This document shows, piece by piece, positions 46,453 to 57,505 of a stretch of DNA of 64,000 bases. Below the pieces are notes generated by a model. The model was given only the letters and a program-made list of their open reading frames with translations, was not told the origin of the DNA and did not search any database. The stretch comes from Haplodiscus bocki (lineage: Eukaryota). How positions within the stretch are numbered: position 1 is the first letter of the stretch; each line of letters starts with the position of its first letter. The stretch lies in NCBI GenBank assembly GCA_965655095.1, contig OZ296653.1:15562001-15626000 (forward strand). The letters run 5' to 3'. The position numbers and the translations under genes were made by a program.

Positions 46453-49400
46453 ATGGATTTCAACCCAGAACAATATTACAGCGTTAACCGAATGCCACGG
46501 AGACGCAGTTTGCTCAGGGCTGCAAGCCGGGACTACGAAGTGTACTTCACGGATATCGAGAGCGTTTTGGATCGACTCCGTGACATTTTCAACCATCTGA
46601 TCAACAAACTCATATCGGAAATACAAGAAGATCTTCCGGGGCACTCACACCGAATTAGACTGGTTCTGAATGCTCCAACTCTTAATTATCCCATTCATAT
46701 ACCGTTTTCTTCGGCTGATGACTTCAATGCGGAACTTGTGCTCAATGAAATTGACAGGGTTGTCAACTCGAACGAAGCATTTGATATCAGCAATAATATC
46801 AAGGTGAATGTGCTTAGCGTGTCCCTGCCAGCGATGGGTGGAAAACGGATTGGTGGCATCCAAAGCCGAACAGTTCCTGATATCAAGCTTTTCACGAAGC
46901 AGAAGAAGTCTGTCATTGTTATCAAAAGCTTCAAAAATGACTGTTTGATTAAAGCTCTCGCGACAGGCAAGAAAGTTTGCCAGCGAGCAAATGTAGAACA
47001 TTTAGCTAAAAACTCGAAAAAAAATCTCCATCTGGATCGGGCCTCGACGCAAATGCGGGAGATGCAAATTTTATTGCGAGCATTGGAAGAAGACCCCAGC
47101 TTTGATCAAGACCGCCTGAGTGCTTTCGGCAGTAACAAACAGGAGTATCTTGCGGGCAATTGTAATGAAGCGACCCTAACAAGTTCAACAGACCCCTTTA
47201 CTAGCGAACAAACATTGTTTAGTAAGCCTTTTTTTCTGGATGATCTCCACTATCTTTCTTCGACCAATATTCTGAGTAAGTTTTGTATTTCTGTTCACGA
47301 CAGCAACTTTATGGGGGCTTTTCTGAAATGTTACAACCCAAACGCTGTACATCACATCGACTTACTTTATGACGCCAAAAATTGCCACGTAGATGTGATA
47401 ACATCAATGAAAGGTCTGTTTGATGCTCGTCACTTTTGCTACAGTTGCCACAAGGCTTTCTCCACTGTTAAACACTTGTGTGCTGCGAGCGGTTGCATGC
47501 TTTGCAGACAACCTGGTTGCCTGAATCGAACTGGATTCATTAATCTTTCACCCATGAATGTAACAACAACAACAGCAAGCTCCTCTCAAGGCAGCTTCCA
47601 GGGCAAATCATTGCAATTTCAATGCAATAGATGCCGATTGAAACTACGCACTGAGAAGTGCCTCGATTGCCATGTGAGCTCTGGTATATGTCATCTTTAT
47701 ACGCTGTGTCCTTCTTGTAACAACACGGTGGCCAAGAGAGCTCTCTCAAACCACATTTGTTCACAGAAGCGATGCACTGTGTGTGCGGTGTATTATCCAA
47801 TTGCAGATCGCAAGGGAAATTCCCACAAATTGGCAGAGCACCAATGCTTCGTACAAAAACCCATCAATCACAACAAAGCGACCACTGTCAACAGTGGAAT
47901 AATTCACGATTTCCAGAGCCAAAACATTGACGATGGAGTAATGAGGCACGAACCAGCACACCAGGGAAAGATTGATCTTACGGCCGCCGCAAAACGACCA
48001 AAATTCGATGAAGATGGAGCAGAATGTATGGAAGAGAACATTGTGAGGAGTTGTCCTTCAGCCGGACAGAAACCATCAGATGACCTTATTTGGGTGTTTG
48101 ATATCGAGACGGACCAAAGTTGTGCTAATGAAGGCCTGCATAAGCCGATCCTATTGGCTGCCGAATCTTTGGTAGGTGAAGAAAAAGTTTATTTAGGCTA
48201 CGACTGTATAAACAAATTTTGTGGTGACGTGTTTTCCGGCAAAGAGCGTGTACGAAAAACCGAATGGTTTATTGCTCACTTTGGAAGCGGATTTGACTTT
48301 TTACCAATTCTAGAGTGGTTATACAGACAACAGAAGTACATACCAAAAATTTTACTGCGAGGAAACAAAGTAGTTTCAATGCGAGTTGGAAACAAAAGAT
48401 TCATCGACTCGTACCTTTTCATCCCAATCCCATTATCGAAGTTCACCAGTACCTTCAATCTGAAAGAAACAGCAAAAGGATATTTTCCACATTTTCTAAC
48501 ATCAAAAGAGGCGCTTTCTCCAACTCCTGGCACTGAGATACACAACTTCCGGAGCTGTGACAAAGGGCCACATTGCAGTAAAAGGCAAATAATTTCAACC
48601 GATTGTACTCATTGTAACGCCATCGGGAGCAATTCCGTTTCCTTCCGTTCGACTTCAAGTAAAAATTGGTCAAGCAGCGAGCCTCAAGAATTCTCATTCA
48701 AAGAAGGGGAGTTTCCTCCAGCTTGCCTTTTTGCAATCAATTCAATGAAAGGACAGCAGAACATTTTAAAATTTCTTGATTGGCACACAGAGCAATGTAA
48801 ATTCTACAAACAAAACTTGTTGACCTATAACTTCGAGGCAGAGCTGATTAGCTATTGCAAATCCGATGTAAAGCTGTTGAAGGAAGGCTTTATGGAATAT
48901 CGTCGTTTAATTCAATCAGTTTGCAGCGGCATTGACCCCTTTGAAGTGGCCTGCACTGCCGCATCAGCTTGCAATTTTATCTACCGGCAGCTGTTTATGC
49001 CGAAAGATTCCATTGCTATACTGCCTCAAAATGGATACACCGGTGTAGAATTAACTTCTTTTCCCGCCGCTTTGTGGCTTTGCTGGATTGAGCAAACTGC
49101 TCGCGATAGGATTGGCGAAAAGTGGGCGGATGAAATCGAGATACGTCTCTACAAATCCGGGGGCGGTTTGAAAAAAGGAAGAGGAAGAGAACAAACGCTG
49201 GGCTCACTCAAAGTGGACGGACTTCTACTTTATAAAACATGCGATGAAAACTCTTCTGTTTCCAGCTCACAGATGAAAGTACCGCCCAAAATTTACCATG
49301 CTAAGGTTTTGGAATTTTTTGGATGTTACTTTCACGGCTGTCCGTCTTGTTACCCTGACCGTACTGAGATCAATAAAAAACGCGGTGGCATCACAATGCA

Positions 49401-51480
49401 TGATTTATATGCAACTACTGTGTTGGATCGACTGAATTGGTTGACAATGCAGATCACGGATCAAAACGTTTTCACAACAACTGACAACTTGAAGTTTACT
49501 GTTGATGACGTTTTTTACATCTGGGAGTGCGAATTTAACCGACTTCTTGAACTGAGTAATATTGAGTCACAAACAATCGGGTGCCAGCGTGACTTTGTGA
49601 TAAACTACTTGCCTGGTACTTTAGTGGAAAGGCTGGAAGCGACGTCTAGGAACAATGCAGAAGCGACCACAACGTTCACGGATAACAATTTCCATGCGGT
49701 GGTTTACTTGGAAGAAAATGATTTGTATCGAGCAAAAAACATTGTAAAACTTCAGAACAGTGCTGTGGATGTTAAACGCTACAGTCCTCTCCAACCGCGG
49801 GAAGCGTTTGTTGGAGGGCGAACGGAAAACTTTGCAATGCACTGGTCCCGAAAAGCGGAGTCTCAGGAGTTCAAGTATGTGGATGTTTGTTCTTTGTATC
49901 CTTACGTGAACGCGCGGTCTGTCTATCCTCTGGGTCATCCTGACTTGATACTAGTTGCTACGGAGCAGCAAAATCAGCATAGCAATAAATCGGACAAGAG
50001 AGCCACAGCAAAGCCTTTTCAAGCAAGTTTGTCTTCTCCTGGCATTAATACAATATGTCCAGTTGATTTCAGATTCCTGAACCGAGAAGAACGAATGTTC
50101 AAATTACCGCCGCCTTCCTTTCCTCATGCTCGGCAGACACAATTGCATGGAGAGTTGATGTTTTCAACGTCATTTCTCTCTCGATATCCTTTTACGTTTG
50201 TTGAGACCCAACTGTTAAAAGAAGAGCTGTTTGGTCTTATTAAATGTGAAGTGTTACCACCCTCGGATTTACATTTACCTGTACTCCCATTCAAATTTCA
50301 ATCCAAGCTCTTCTTCCCATTGTGTCGTCGATGCGTCGAAGAAAGAAGCAACAAAGTTGATAATCGTAGTATACAGTTAACATCAAACAAATGTATACAC
50401 TCCCAGCTGGAGGATAGATGCTTTTGGGGTACTTTCACAACTCCAGAAATAAAGGTTGCCTTGGAGAATGGATATCGTATCCTCGATGTCGCAGAAATTT
50501 GGAGCTGGTCAAGGAGCAAACGATCAGTGTCGCTGTTCAAAAAGTACATAAACAATTTTTTAAAAATTAAGATGGAGGCTTCCGGTTGGCCACAGTCAAT
50601 TTGCAGCTGCCCACAAGACAAGGAGCCTGAATTCGAAATATTATGTAGCCACAAGCTTGCTTATTTGAAAGATCTCCAGAAGAAAGAAGGGATCATTTTA
50701 GACCCTCTTAAAGTTTCAAAAAATGAAGGGTTGCGGTTTATTGCAAAAATCTTACTCAACAGCTTTTGGGGCTGTCTCGGAATGCGAGATAACATGCCAA
50801 AAACGAGATATGTCAATAACTATCGTGAAGTTGTGGACTTTTTTACGTCACGAACGAAACGTGTTACAGATGCAACTCTAGTTGGCGATGACCTCATGCT
50901 TTTACAGTATCAGCTCATAGACGATGCTGCCGATGCGCCCAGAAAAACCAATGTCATTCTGGCTGCTTTCACAACATCACATGCCAGAATCATCCTGCTC
51001 AACAATATGCAACTAGTGAAAGTTCCGGAAAATGTACTCTACTGCGATACTGACACTATTATGTATGTTCACGACAAAGATAGGTGCGAACTCCCGGATA
51101 TTCCGATTGGTAGCAGTCTCGGTGAGATGACCGACGAACTCCCAAATGATGTACTTATTAACAAATTTTGGAGTGCTGGGCCGAAATTTTACTGTCTTTC
51201 AGGTCACAATGTAAATTCTGGACTGGAATATAACGTCTTCAAAGTGAAAGGAGTGACGCTAAATAGAGCAACAGAGAAGACGTTCAACCCAGAAACTTTT
51301 AAAAAACTAATTTTGGGCGAAACTCATGAACTGTGCAGCCCCTTCACGAGTTTGAGTCGTAGTGTGAAAACTGGTCAAATAAAAACCAGACATTGCGAGA
51401 AAAAAGCTCGTGTTACCAGCAACAAACGAGTTTTTGATATCAACTCAGGCAGCTCAACACCGTTCGGTTTCGTTAAGTAG
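46453..51480 (+). CDS. polB: Protein-primed DNA polymerase B, intact 1675 aa, with OTU-like N-terminus and VSR-like nuclease insertion
   Basis: NDCLIKAL...HVDVI (OTU-like), FDIET (ExoI), AHFGSGFD (ExoII), KGYFPH, YCKSDV (ExoIII), KVDG...EFFGCYFHGCPSC...IWECEF (VSR-like), YVDVCSLYP, KILLNSFWG, YCDTDT, GPKFY, KVKG. Confidence 0.97.
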   Translation: MDFNPEQYYSVNRMPRRRSLLRAASRDYEVYFTDIESVLDRLRDIFNHLINKLISEIQEDLPGHSHRIRLVLNAPTLNYPIHIPFSSADDFNAELVLNEIDRVVNSNEAFDISNNIKVNVLSVSLPAMGGKRIGGIQSRTVPDIKLFTKQKKSVIVIKSFKNDCLIKALATGKKVCQRANVEHLAKNSKKNLHLDRASTQMREMQILLRALEEDPSFDQDRLSAFGSNKQEYLAGNCNEATLTSSTDPFTSEQTLFSKPFFLDDLHYLSSTNILSKFCISVHDSNFMGAFLKCYNPNAVHHIDLLYDAKNCHVDVITSMKGLFDARHFCYSCHKAFSTVKHLCAASGCMLCRQPGCLNRTGFINLSPMNVTTTTASSSQGSFQGKSLQFQCNRCRLKLRTEKCLDCHVSSGICHLYTLCPSCNNTVAKRALSNHICSQKRCTVCAVYYPIADRKGNSHKLAEHQCFVQKPINHNKATTVNSGIIHDFQSQNIDDGVMRHEPAHQGKIDLTAAAKRPKFDEDGAECMEENIVRSCPSAGQKPSDDLIWVFDIETDQSCANEGLHKPILLAAESLVGEEKVYLGYDCINKFCGDVFSGKERVRKTEWFIAHFGSGFDFLPILEWLYRQQKYIPKILLRGNKVVSMRVGNKRFIDSYLFIPIPLSKFTSTFNLKETAKGYFPHFLTSKEALSPTPGTEIHNFRSCDKGPHCSKRQIISTDCTHCNAIGSNSVSFRSTSSKNWSSSEPQEFSFKEGEFPPACLFAINSMKGQQNILKFLDWHTEQCKFYKQNLLTYNFEAELISYCKSDVKLLKEGFMEYRRLIQSVCSGIDPFEVACTAASACNFIYRQLFMPKDSIAILPQNGYTGVELTSFPAALWLCWIEQTARDRIGEKWADEIEIRLYKSGGGLKKGRGREQTLGSLKVDGLLLYKTCDENSSVSSSQMKVPPKIYHAKVLEFFGCYFHGCPSCYPDRTEINKKRGGITMHDLYATTVLDRLNWLTMQITDQNVFTTTDNLKFTVDDVFYIWECEFNRLLELSNIESQTIGCQRDFVINYLPGTLVERLEATSRNNAEATTTFTDNNFHAVVYLEENDLYRAKNIVKLQNSAVDVKRYSPLQPREAFVGGRTENFAMHWSRKAESQEFKYVDVCSLYPYVNARSVYPLGHPDLILVATEQQNQHSNKSDKRATAKPFQASLSSPGINTICPVDFRFLNREERMFKLPPPSFPHARQTQLHGELMFSTSFLSRYPFTFVETQLLKEELFGLIKCEVLPPSDLHLPVLPFKFQSKLFFPLCRRCVEERSNKVDNRSIQLTSNKCIHSQLEDRCFWGTFTTPEIKVALENGYRILDVAEIWSWSRSKRSVSLFKKYINNFLKIKMEASGWPQSICSCPQDKEPEFEILCSHKLAYLKDLQKKEGIILDPLKVSKNEGLRFIAKILLNSFWGCLGMRDNMPKTRYVNNYREVVDFFTSRTKRVTDATLVGDDLMLLQYQLIDDAADAPRKTNVILAAFTTSHARIILLNNMQLVKVPENVLYCDTDTIMYVHDKDRCELPDIPIGSSLGEMTDELPNDVLINKFWSAGPKFYCLSGHNVNSGLEYNVFKVKGVTLNRATEKTFNPETFKKLILGETHELCSPFTSLSRSVKTGQIKTRHCEKKARVTSNKRVFDINSGSSTPFGFVK

Positions 51481-51645
51481 CTCCTTTGCCTGTTATTTGT
51501 CATTTGTCTAACCTTCACTGCATTTCTAAAGAAAAAAATTGAAACAAAAATCACTTTTTCAAACAAGAAAAACAAACATTGAGTGCCATGATGAACTACA
51601 GTTAAGATCCACTGAGTGCCTTGGTTTTGAATTTCAGAGAGTTTT

Positions 51646-52605
51646 ATGGATTTTCGACGCAAGCCATCTTCCCTTTATGCACACTTCGTGTTTTATCCCA
51701 ACCAAACTTTCGAAGGAAAAGCTGTTGAACAATGCGAGTACGTTCGGGAAAAACTGCAAGCCATTTTTGCTGAAAACAACGTTGATTATGTAATCGGTGC
51801 CCATCTTTTCCAATGTTATAAACAATGTGGATACAAAAATGATGACGTCCGTTGTGTATTAGCGGTCTCTGCGAACAATCCAACCGGTCGCTTTCCTGCA
51901 GGGAAGTGCTATATTCTACCTGAGCCCCGGGACTGCTTGACAACCAATAACCACATTCATATTCTAGTCAACGCCCCATCAACAATTGCTGCTCTTGATG
52001 TTGATTCAAAACAGGGCACCTCAGCTAAGAAAGCTGAAAAGTTGGAAGCCGTTCCGTTCAAAAAGTCCAAAATGACAAAGGAGGAGGAAGAGGGCGACAA
52101 CAAAGAGGCGAGAGCTGGACAGAGTAATGAACACAACATCTCTTCAACAAGAGCGCCGCTGAAGACTGAAAATACAATTGGACCCAAAAAACATGGCTCC
52201 CAGGAAGTATTCAATGGTATGCGTAAGTTCCTAGACGAAGAGACATGTGGTACTAATGAGGTTTTCCCAACAAAAGAAAACACAGTCAATTGGCGACTAG
52301 AGGAGATGATTCGCCAAATACAAGATTTTTTCAGCCTAAACTTGAAGATGAAGAGTGAGCTGGGAAGTTTTTCGGTTCAACAAAGAACCGTATGGTGTCC
52401 ATACTCGATCTTCAGCAGTTTCTTGTGCTGCATGAACGATGGTTTCACATTGGTGAAAGGTAATACCTTCCTAACAAAAATGATGGAGGAGAGAAAGAGA
52501 CAAAGTGCGGACTATGCAAACAGAGAGTTGTACCTTAAACTTTCTCCAAAACTCAGAGCAAAAGTTTTGTGGGATTTTCATTGTGTGTGGGGCCACGAGA
52601 TTTAG
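51646..52605 (+). CDS. Hypothetical protein with HUH-like motif
   Basis: 319-aa ORF containing NHIHILVN. Homolog in element B. Confidence 0.7.
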   Translation: MDFRRKPSSLYAHFVFYPNQTFEGKAVEQCEYVREKLQAIFAENNVDYVIGAHLFQCYKQCGYKNDDVRCVLAVSANNPTGRFPAGKCYILPEPRDCLTTNNHIHILVNAPSTIAALDVDSKQGTSAKKAEKLEAVPFKKSKMTKEEEEGDNKEARAGQSNEHNISSTRAPLKTENTIGPKKHGSQEVFNGMRKFLDEETCGTNEVFPTKENTVNWRLEEMIRQIQDFFSLNLKMKSELGSFSVQQRTVWCPYSIFSSFLCCMNDGFTLVKGNTFLTKMMEERKRQSADYANRELYLKLSPKLRAKVLWDFHCVWGHEI

Positions 52606-52788
52606 TTTTTGAAATTATCTTTAAAGAAGAAAGTTACTTGATAATTAATCAAGGACGTCTCGCATATATGTTCATTCCAATCGTGTTAGTGTATATATGT
52701 GTGATTTTTTTACGACTAATACTGCGTATGAAATTTTTGTAAGCACCTTTATTTGCTCATTCATTTTGTTCCTTTTCTGATCAGAATA

Positions 52789-53385
52789 ATGTTGCACCTG
52801 TCAATCACAAAAATTGAAAACATTTTTCAAGTAGCGCATAAATTTTACAGACATAGCCAGGAAGATAATTATGACTTACTATATGAGCTTATGATAACAG
52901 ACAGCGATTCAAGCAAAGCTGATGAAGCAGTGATTTCAGAGAAAATCTCTTTACGACTAGGGTACGCTATACCGAGTTATTTGCAGTTCAATCGTCTGCT
53001 TTTCTTGAGCATAATTCTTGTCGAAACAAACCAATGTTCTTGTGCAGGGATCTGTGAGGAATGTGCTGTTTCCAAGATTTTGAAGTGCTGCGAGTTATCT
53101 CACACGGCACCTTGGGGTGGAATAATAGGGCCGGGTATGACATTGAGAATGCATTCCGTCCTTTCTTCTCTTTCACCATTTTTTAAATTACATGCCGTGT
53201 TTCATGATGCTTATGGTCACTTGTATCGGACTCGTAGGAAATGTCCAGGTTATAATTACGTAATTAACTTACCATTTCTCCCAAATTACTTTTTGTTGGG
53301 TCATTTGACGGGTCTCTTCTTCTTTTTCATATTGAGAATTACAAATTCCCAATCTTTCAGGTACTTTGTGTCAGCATTAAAGTGA
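52789..53385 (+). CDS. Parvovirus-VP1u-like phospholipase A2 protein (PLA2X-type)
   Basis: APWGGIIGPG...FKLHAVFHDAYG...PGYNY...LLGHLTG. First ATG at 52789. Confidence 0.8.
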   Translation: MLHLSITKIENIFQVAHKFYRHSQEDNYDLLYELMITDSDSSKADEAVISEKISLRLGYAIPSYLQFNRLLFLSIILVETNQCSCAGICEECAVSKILKCCELSHTAPWGGIIGPGMTLRMHSVLSSLSPFFKLHAVFHDAYGHLYRTRRKCPGYNYVINLPFLPNYFLLGHLTGLFFFFILRITNSQSFRYFVSALK

Positions 53386-53422
53386 ATATCAACAAAAACA
53401 GTCGAGCCAAATCTCAAACAAA

Positions 53423-54391
53423 ATGACTGCCTGCCTCCCTTTGTCAGACACCTTGCGCATAAACTTTGAATTCTCACAAGTAGATCCGCCAGCTATGAAC
53501 CAATTCTGGCAAACTCCTCAACAGTCGTCTTATCCGAAAATTTTCCTGGTGAGAGAGTACTCAGGAATTGGTCTTCCTGCAGGCGCATCTTTACAGCCTC
53601 CTAGTCGCCCCAATTACTTGGATATGAGCTGGGACGAATATTGCTCTCTGGTGCAAAGCAAGCCTTTAGCCCTGAATATAGTATCGTTTCGCGACCAAAA
53701 TATTTCACAGGGCGGAGAAAGTGGTCGAAACCAGCGCACTTTATCTTACTACAATCGTCCTTCCCAGGTGTTGCTGTCTAACTTCGTTTATCAAAACACC
53801 CCGCTTACTAGCGTGAATCCAGTTGCTGTTACCAACATGAATTCAGCAGCTGCCTATGTAAGGAACAATGCTTCTAATTACCGTCAGACCCAACTGGACA
53901 GTTCGTCGATTTTTCCGCCTCGATCTTCTTCTTCTTCTTCTTCTTCTAGTTATTACATGAATATCCCTCGAATTTCGTGTGGGGAGGGCTCTTGCTGTAC
54001 CCAAGGAGAATGGAGAGGTGGTGGTGGTGGTGGTGGTGGTGTGGCAGCAAACTCGAGTCCTTATCAGTTGAGCACGCAAGACCCTACCACATGTCATCAA
54101 TTGCGACAACCGATCGTGACCAGCAGTGTCAGCCTAACAGCACAAATGAGTGGCAATTGTCAAGCTTCTGGTTCCGACAACTTGTCCACGATTGCTGGAG
54201 GCCGATCTTCAACGTCATCAGATGTCCCAAACAGCTCGTCATTAGCGCTCACGTCCAATCTCGACAATTCGGAAGACCCAAGTGCGAGTGCTTATGATGA
54301 CTACACTGCAGACGAAGACATGAGCGACTATGATGGGGGGAACGAGGCCGTTAGCAGTGAAACGCAATACGAGGGCGCCCCAACAGCGTGA
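53423..54391 (+). CDS. Hypothetical protein: PC4-like N-terminus, Ser/Gly/acidic low-complexity tail
   Basis: 322-aa ORF with (TCT)n and (GGT)n runs. N-terminus parallels 36526-36765. Confidence 0.7.
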   Translation: MTACLPLSDTLRINFEFSQVDPPAMNQFWQTPQQSSYPKIFLVREYSGIGLPAGASLQPPSRPNYLDMSWDEYCSLVQSKPLALNIVSFRDQNISQGGESGRNQRTLSYYNRPSQVLLSNFVYQNTPLTSVNPVAVTNMNSAAAYVRNNASNYRQTQLDSSSIFPPRSSSSSSSSSYYMNIPRISCGEGSCCTQGEWRGGGGGGGGVAANSSPYQLSTQDPTTCHQLRQPIVTSSVSLTAQMSGNCQASGSDNLSTIAGGRSSTSSDVPNSSSLALTSNLDNSEDPSASAYDDYTADEDMSDYDGGNEAVSSETQYEGAPTA

Positions 54392-54670
54392 GGAAAGAGT
54401 TGTTTACAATAACAAAACATACATTTGTGGTTGAACTTTTCTAAAAAAGAAAACGAAAAAAACTTTCTGGTATGAAGCTGCCACATTTTTTCAGTATATA
54501 AAAATGTTTTCTTTTGATACAGTCTCGCGTTAGTGGTAATTTATTGCGTGCCTTCGAAAAATTGGTTTTTTTGCATAAACCGTTTTCATTTTTTTTTGGT
54601 TGTCAACAAACATCATGATTTGGCACGAGAAAAAGGAAGTAGCTTAACATAGTTGAAATAAACATTTCAG

Positions 54671-55015
54671 ATGCATGCATCAGAAAATTCCGGTCAAACA
54701 AATTCAAACAACCTTGAAACCAGACAGCGAAATGCTGACAAACTAGGAAAATACGAAAAATCAGACCATCCTCAGGAAGCCTGCCGTCTGACAAAATTAT
54801 CAGAAGGAGAAGAAGAAGAAATCCCTGGGAGAAAAAATCAGCGGTCTCAGGGTCATTTTATTGAAAGCACCTCCCAAGTTAGGAGCGTGAGAAGGAAGGT
54901 TAGAACACTACCAATTGCTCAGATTTTATTCTTGACACAAATACTAATTATCTTCATTCTGGACGCTTTCTCCTTACTCAAATTGAGCGTGGTTCAACAA
55001 AATAGCCCTAAATAA
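54671..55015 (+). CDS. Small hypothetical protein with C-terminal transmembrane helix
   Basis: Hydrophilic N-terminus followed by IAQILFLTQILIIFILDAFSLL. Confidence 0.5.
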   Translation: MHASENSGQTNSNNLETRQRNADKLGKYEKSDHPQEACRLTKLSEGEEEEIPGRKNQRSQGHFIESTSQVRSVRRKVRTLPIAQILFLTQILIIFILDAFSLLKLSVVQQNSPK

Positions 55016-55057
55016 AAAAACGAATCCGATGATACATGTCAAGAAACAGCTGTCTAC

Positions 55058-55624
55058 ATGAGCATTTTGAGCTCGACTTTGACCTTTTTAATTCCTCCAC
55101 CTAGTCTCTCCGGAAGTGTGAGCAAATCGAACAAAAATCTCCCTCTATCCACTGGGATCTCCAGAAGAGGCAACCCGAAACAATCATCATCTACAAGACA
55201 TGAAGATACGCAGGTGTGCAGCCAAACTGGGAAATACTTTGAAAACTGTCGAGATAACGCAAACGTACAAACACACTTGTCATTGCCAGAAGCCTATGGA
55301 GAAGATTGCCTTGATTGCGCAGAATGTCAGGAGGTTACACTGACGGCTGGGATACCAAAAGTGCTCCACGATAACGAAGCTGTTGACAACCAGGAAGACA
55401 TCAAAGACGTTTGGATATTTTTCAATCGAAACGTTGGCCGTGAGTTTTTCATTTTTTGCTCACAATTAGTTTTTGTATTCGTTTCCATTGTATTCTGTAC
55501 GTTGAGGATGCTGATTGTTTCTTCGTTGAGCTGCGAAGAACGTACTGCTTACACCATGATCCTTTCCAACTGCATCGCTTATTTACTGCCTAACGCCAAC
55601 TCCTTCAGAAAAACTTTTGACTAA
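55058..55624 (+). CDS. Membrane protein with two C-terminal helices
   Basis: FFIFCSQLVFVFVSIVFC...ILSNCIAYLLPN. Directly upstream of the ATPase, as in element B. Confidence 0.75.
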   Translation: MSILSSTLTFLIPPPSLSGSVSKSNKNLPLSTGISRRGNPKQSSSTRHEDTQVCSQTGKYFENCRDNANVQTHLSLPEAYGEDCLDCAECQEVTLTAGIPKVLHDNEAVDNQEDIKDVWIFFNRNVGREFFIFCSQLVFVFVSIVFCTLRMLIVSSLSCEERTAYTMILSNCIAYLLPNANSFRKTFD

Positions 55625-55630
55625 CAAAAA

Positions 55631-56710
55631 ATGAATAAAGTAATTTCCACTGAGACTCGCGTCTTTATGTGCGTATGTGGATCGTCCGAATCAGGCAAGA
55701 CACATCTTATTATGAATATGTTAACACAAAAAAACGGTATTTTTGAGCCTCGTTTTGAAAAAATTGTTTACTTTTACCGCTTTTGGCAGCCTGTGTATGA
55801 TCGCTTCATCAAAAAGTGTTCTGCAAAAGTTTTTTTTGAGGATTGCAGCGATCTCAAAAAGTTTCCCGTAGGAACATCCTGGAAAACTAACCCCTTGCAC
55901 AAATTCAGTTCACCTGTGAAGCCCCCCAGCCAGCAATCTTCTTTTGATTCGCTCATCGAAAACCTTCTGAATCATCAAATGAAAGACAGCGGTTTTCAAA
56001 CTGTCTCCGGCAATGACAAAGTCTTGGCATATTTCGATGATTCCTGTGATGATATTTTGGAAAGTGTCAGTTTTGCTAATTTGGCGACAGCTGGCCGGCA
56101 TAAAGGCGTCAGTGCTATTTTTATCAAACACAATTTGTACCAACAAGGAAAGTATTGCGTTACTGTAGACAAAAACACTACCCATGTAGTTATTTTAAAA
56201 TCGCCGAGAATAGGCCGACAATTGAAAATTCTTGGCTCCGAGCTGCAAACTGCGGACTCTGCTTTCCTCGAAGCAGCCTACCAGCAGGCAACATCCATCC
56301 CTTTTGGACATTTGCTGATTGATCTCACCACTACATGTCACGATTCTTTAAGATTTTGTACCAGAATTTGTAACTTTGACAATAGCCTTCGAAGTAGGCA
56401 CAATTATAGCTTGACAAGCCAAGAAGCACCTCCGAGAAAAGCCGGCAAATTTTTGAAAAACATATCGAAAACTGAATCAGTACCGCATAGTCGTCCAATT
56501 TCTACTGATGAATTACAGTTACCGACGGGTTTCTTTCTACCTAAAAAAGTGTTGTTTCAGTACGCTCGCCCAATTGCAGCCGAAGATCACGCAAACAGAA
56601 ATTATCATCAATATGTTAAACTGAGAAAAGATCCACCAATCATACCATTTTCTACCTTATCCTCAACGGCTTCAACGTATAAACCCTTAGTAAAATCTCT
56701 GCTGACATGA
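55631..56710 (+). CDS. FtsK/A32-like genome packaging ATPase
   Basis: Walker A GSSESGKT, Walker B AYFDD, AGRHKG..KHNLYQQ, PFGHLLIDL. Confidence 0.94.
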   Translation: MNKVISTETRVFMCVCGSSESGKTHLIMNMLTQKNGIFEPRFEKIVYFYRFWQPVYDRFIKKCSAKVFFEDCSDLKKFPVGTSWKTNPLHKFSSPVKPPSQQSSFDSLIENLLNHQMKDSGFQTVSGNDKVLAYFDDSCDDILESVSFANLATAGRHKGVSAIFIKHNLYQQGKYCVTVDKNTTHVVILKSPRIGRQLKILGSELQTADSAFLEAAYQQATSIPFGHLLIDLTTTCHDSLRFCTRICNFDNSLRSRHNYSLTSQEAPPRKAGKFLKNISKTESVPHSRPISTDELQLPTGFFLPKKVLFQYARPIAAEDHANRNYHQYVKLRKDPPIIPFSTLSSTASTYKPLVKSLLT

Positions 56711-56787
56711 TTAGAGCAAGAATTGCGAGTTGGTTCTAACCTTATCATCGAAAATACTTTGCAAAAAACTCTGTATGATCAACTTTG

Positions 56788-57505
56788 ATGGATGAATTTG
56801 TGCTTGTTCCCCTAAAACTTTATTTCGAGTTAACGTCGCACGTCTGTCCCACTATAGTTTCATCGAGTAATCTGCCCGATCAAGTATCCCCTCACGTTAC
56901 TACCAAAGATCAATCAATAGACAAACTTGAAACCCCATTGTCATCAGCATCATCATCTGGACTCATTGCCAATTCGGCCGGTTTGGCTGCAAAAGACGAC
57001 CTTGCCAACCCTACTGCAGAAAAAAATCAGACGACAAGAGAAAAATTTGAAACAGCTTGGCTGGAAGACGTCACAAAAAATACGGGAGTTAGCGACAAAA
57101 CTTCCAACGAAACGCCTCCTAAGACAAATAAAAGGGACTCATCGTTGCGGAAAAAAACGCATTGAAGGATTGCTGAGGTTACTCTTGGAAAAAGAAGAAG
57201 TGAGCTTCAATACTTCTAACAAAAGTTTTACAATTTCGAAAAAAGATTCACGTGAGAGCGGGATTCCTGAAGAAGAAGAAACATCCATAGCTCCGACAAA
57301 AAAAGCTGGCAATTTGGGCTTGGGAGATATCAAAATTTTGACCTTTCTTCGTGACCTCCAGTTGTATCAGAAGAAAATACCTGCAAACTACTTTTTTGTT
57401 CTCGACTTACTATTTCCGCCGACGAGCTCTATTTCGTTCATAAACGCTAAAGAGTTAGTTGTTAATAGAAATTGCTTGAACTACATTTTGAACAGAAACA
57501 TTCAT
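56788..57505 (+). pseudogene. Conserved Polinton unknown protein, frameshifted near 57130, running into the assembly gap
   Basis: Two overlapping frames together match element B 34543-35221. Confidence 0.6.
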
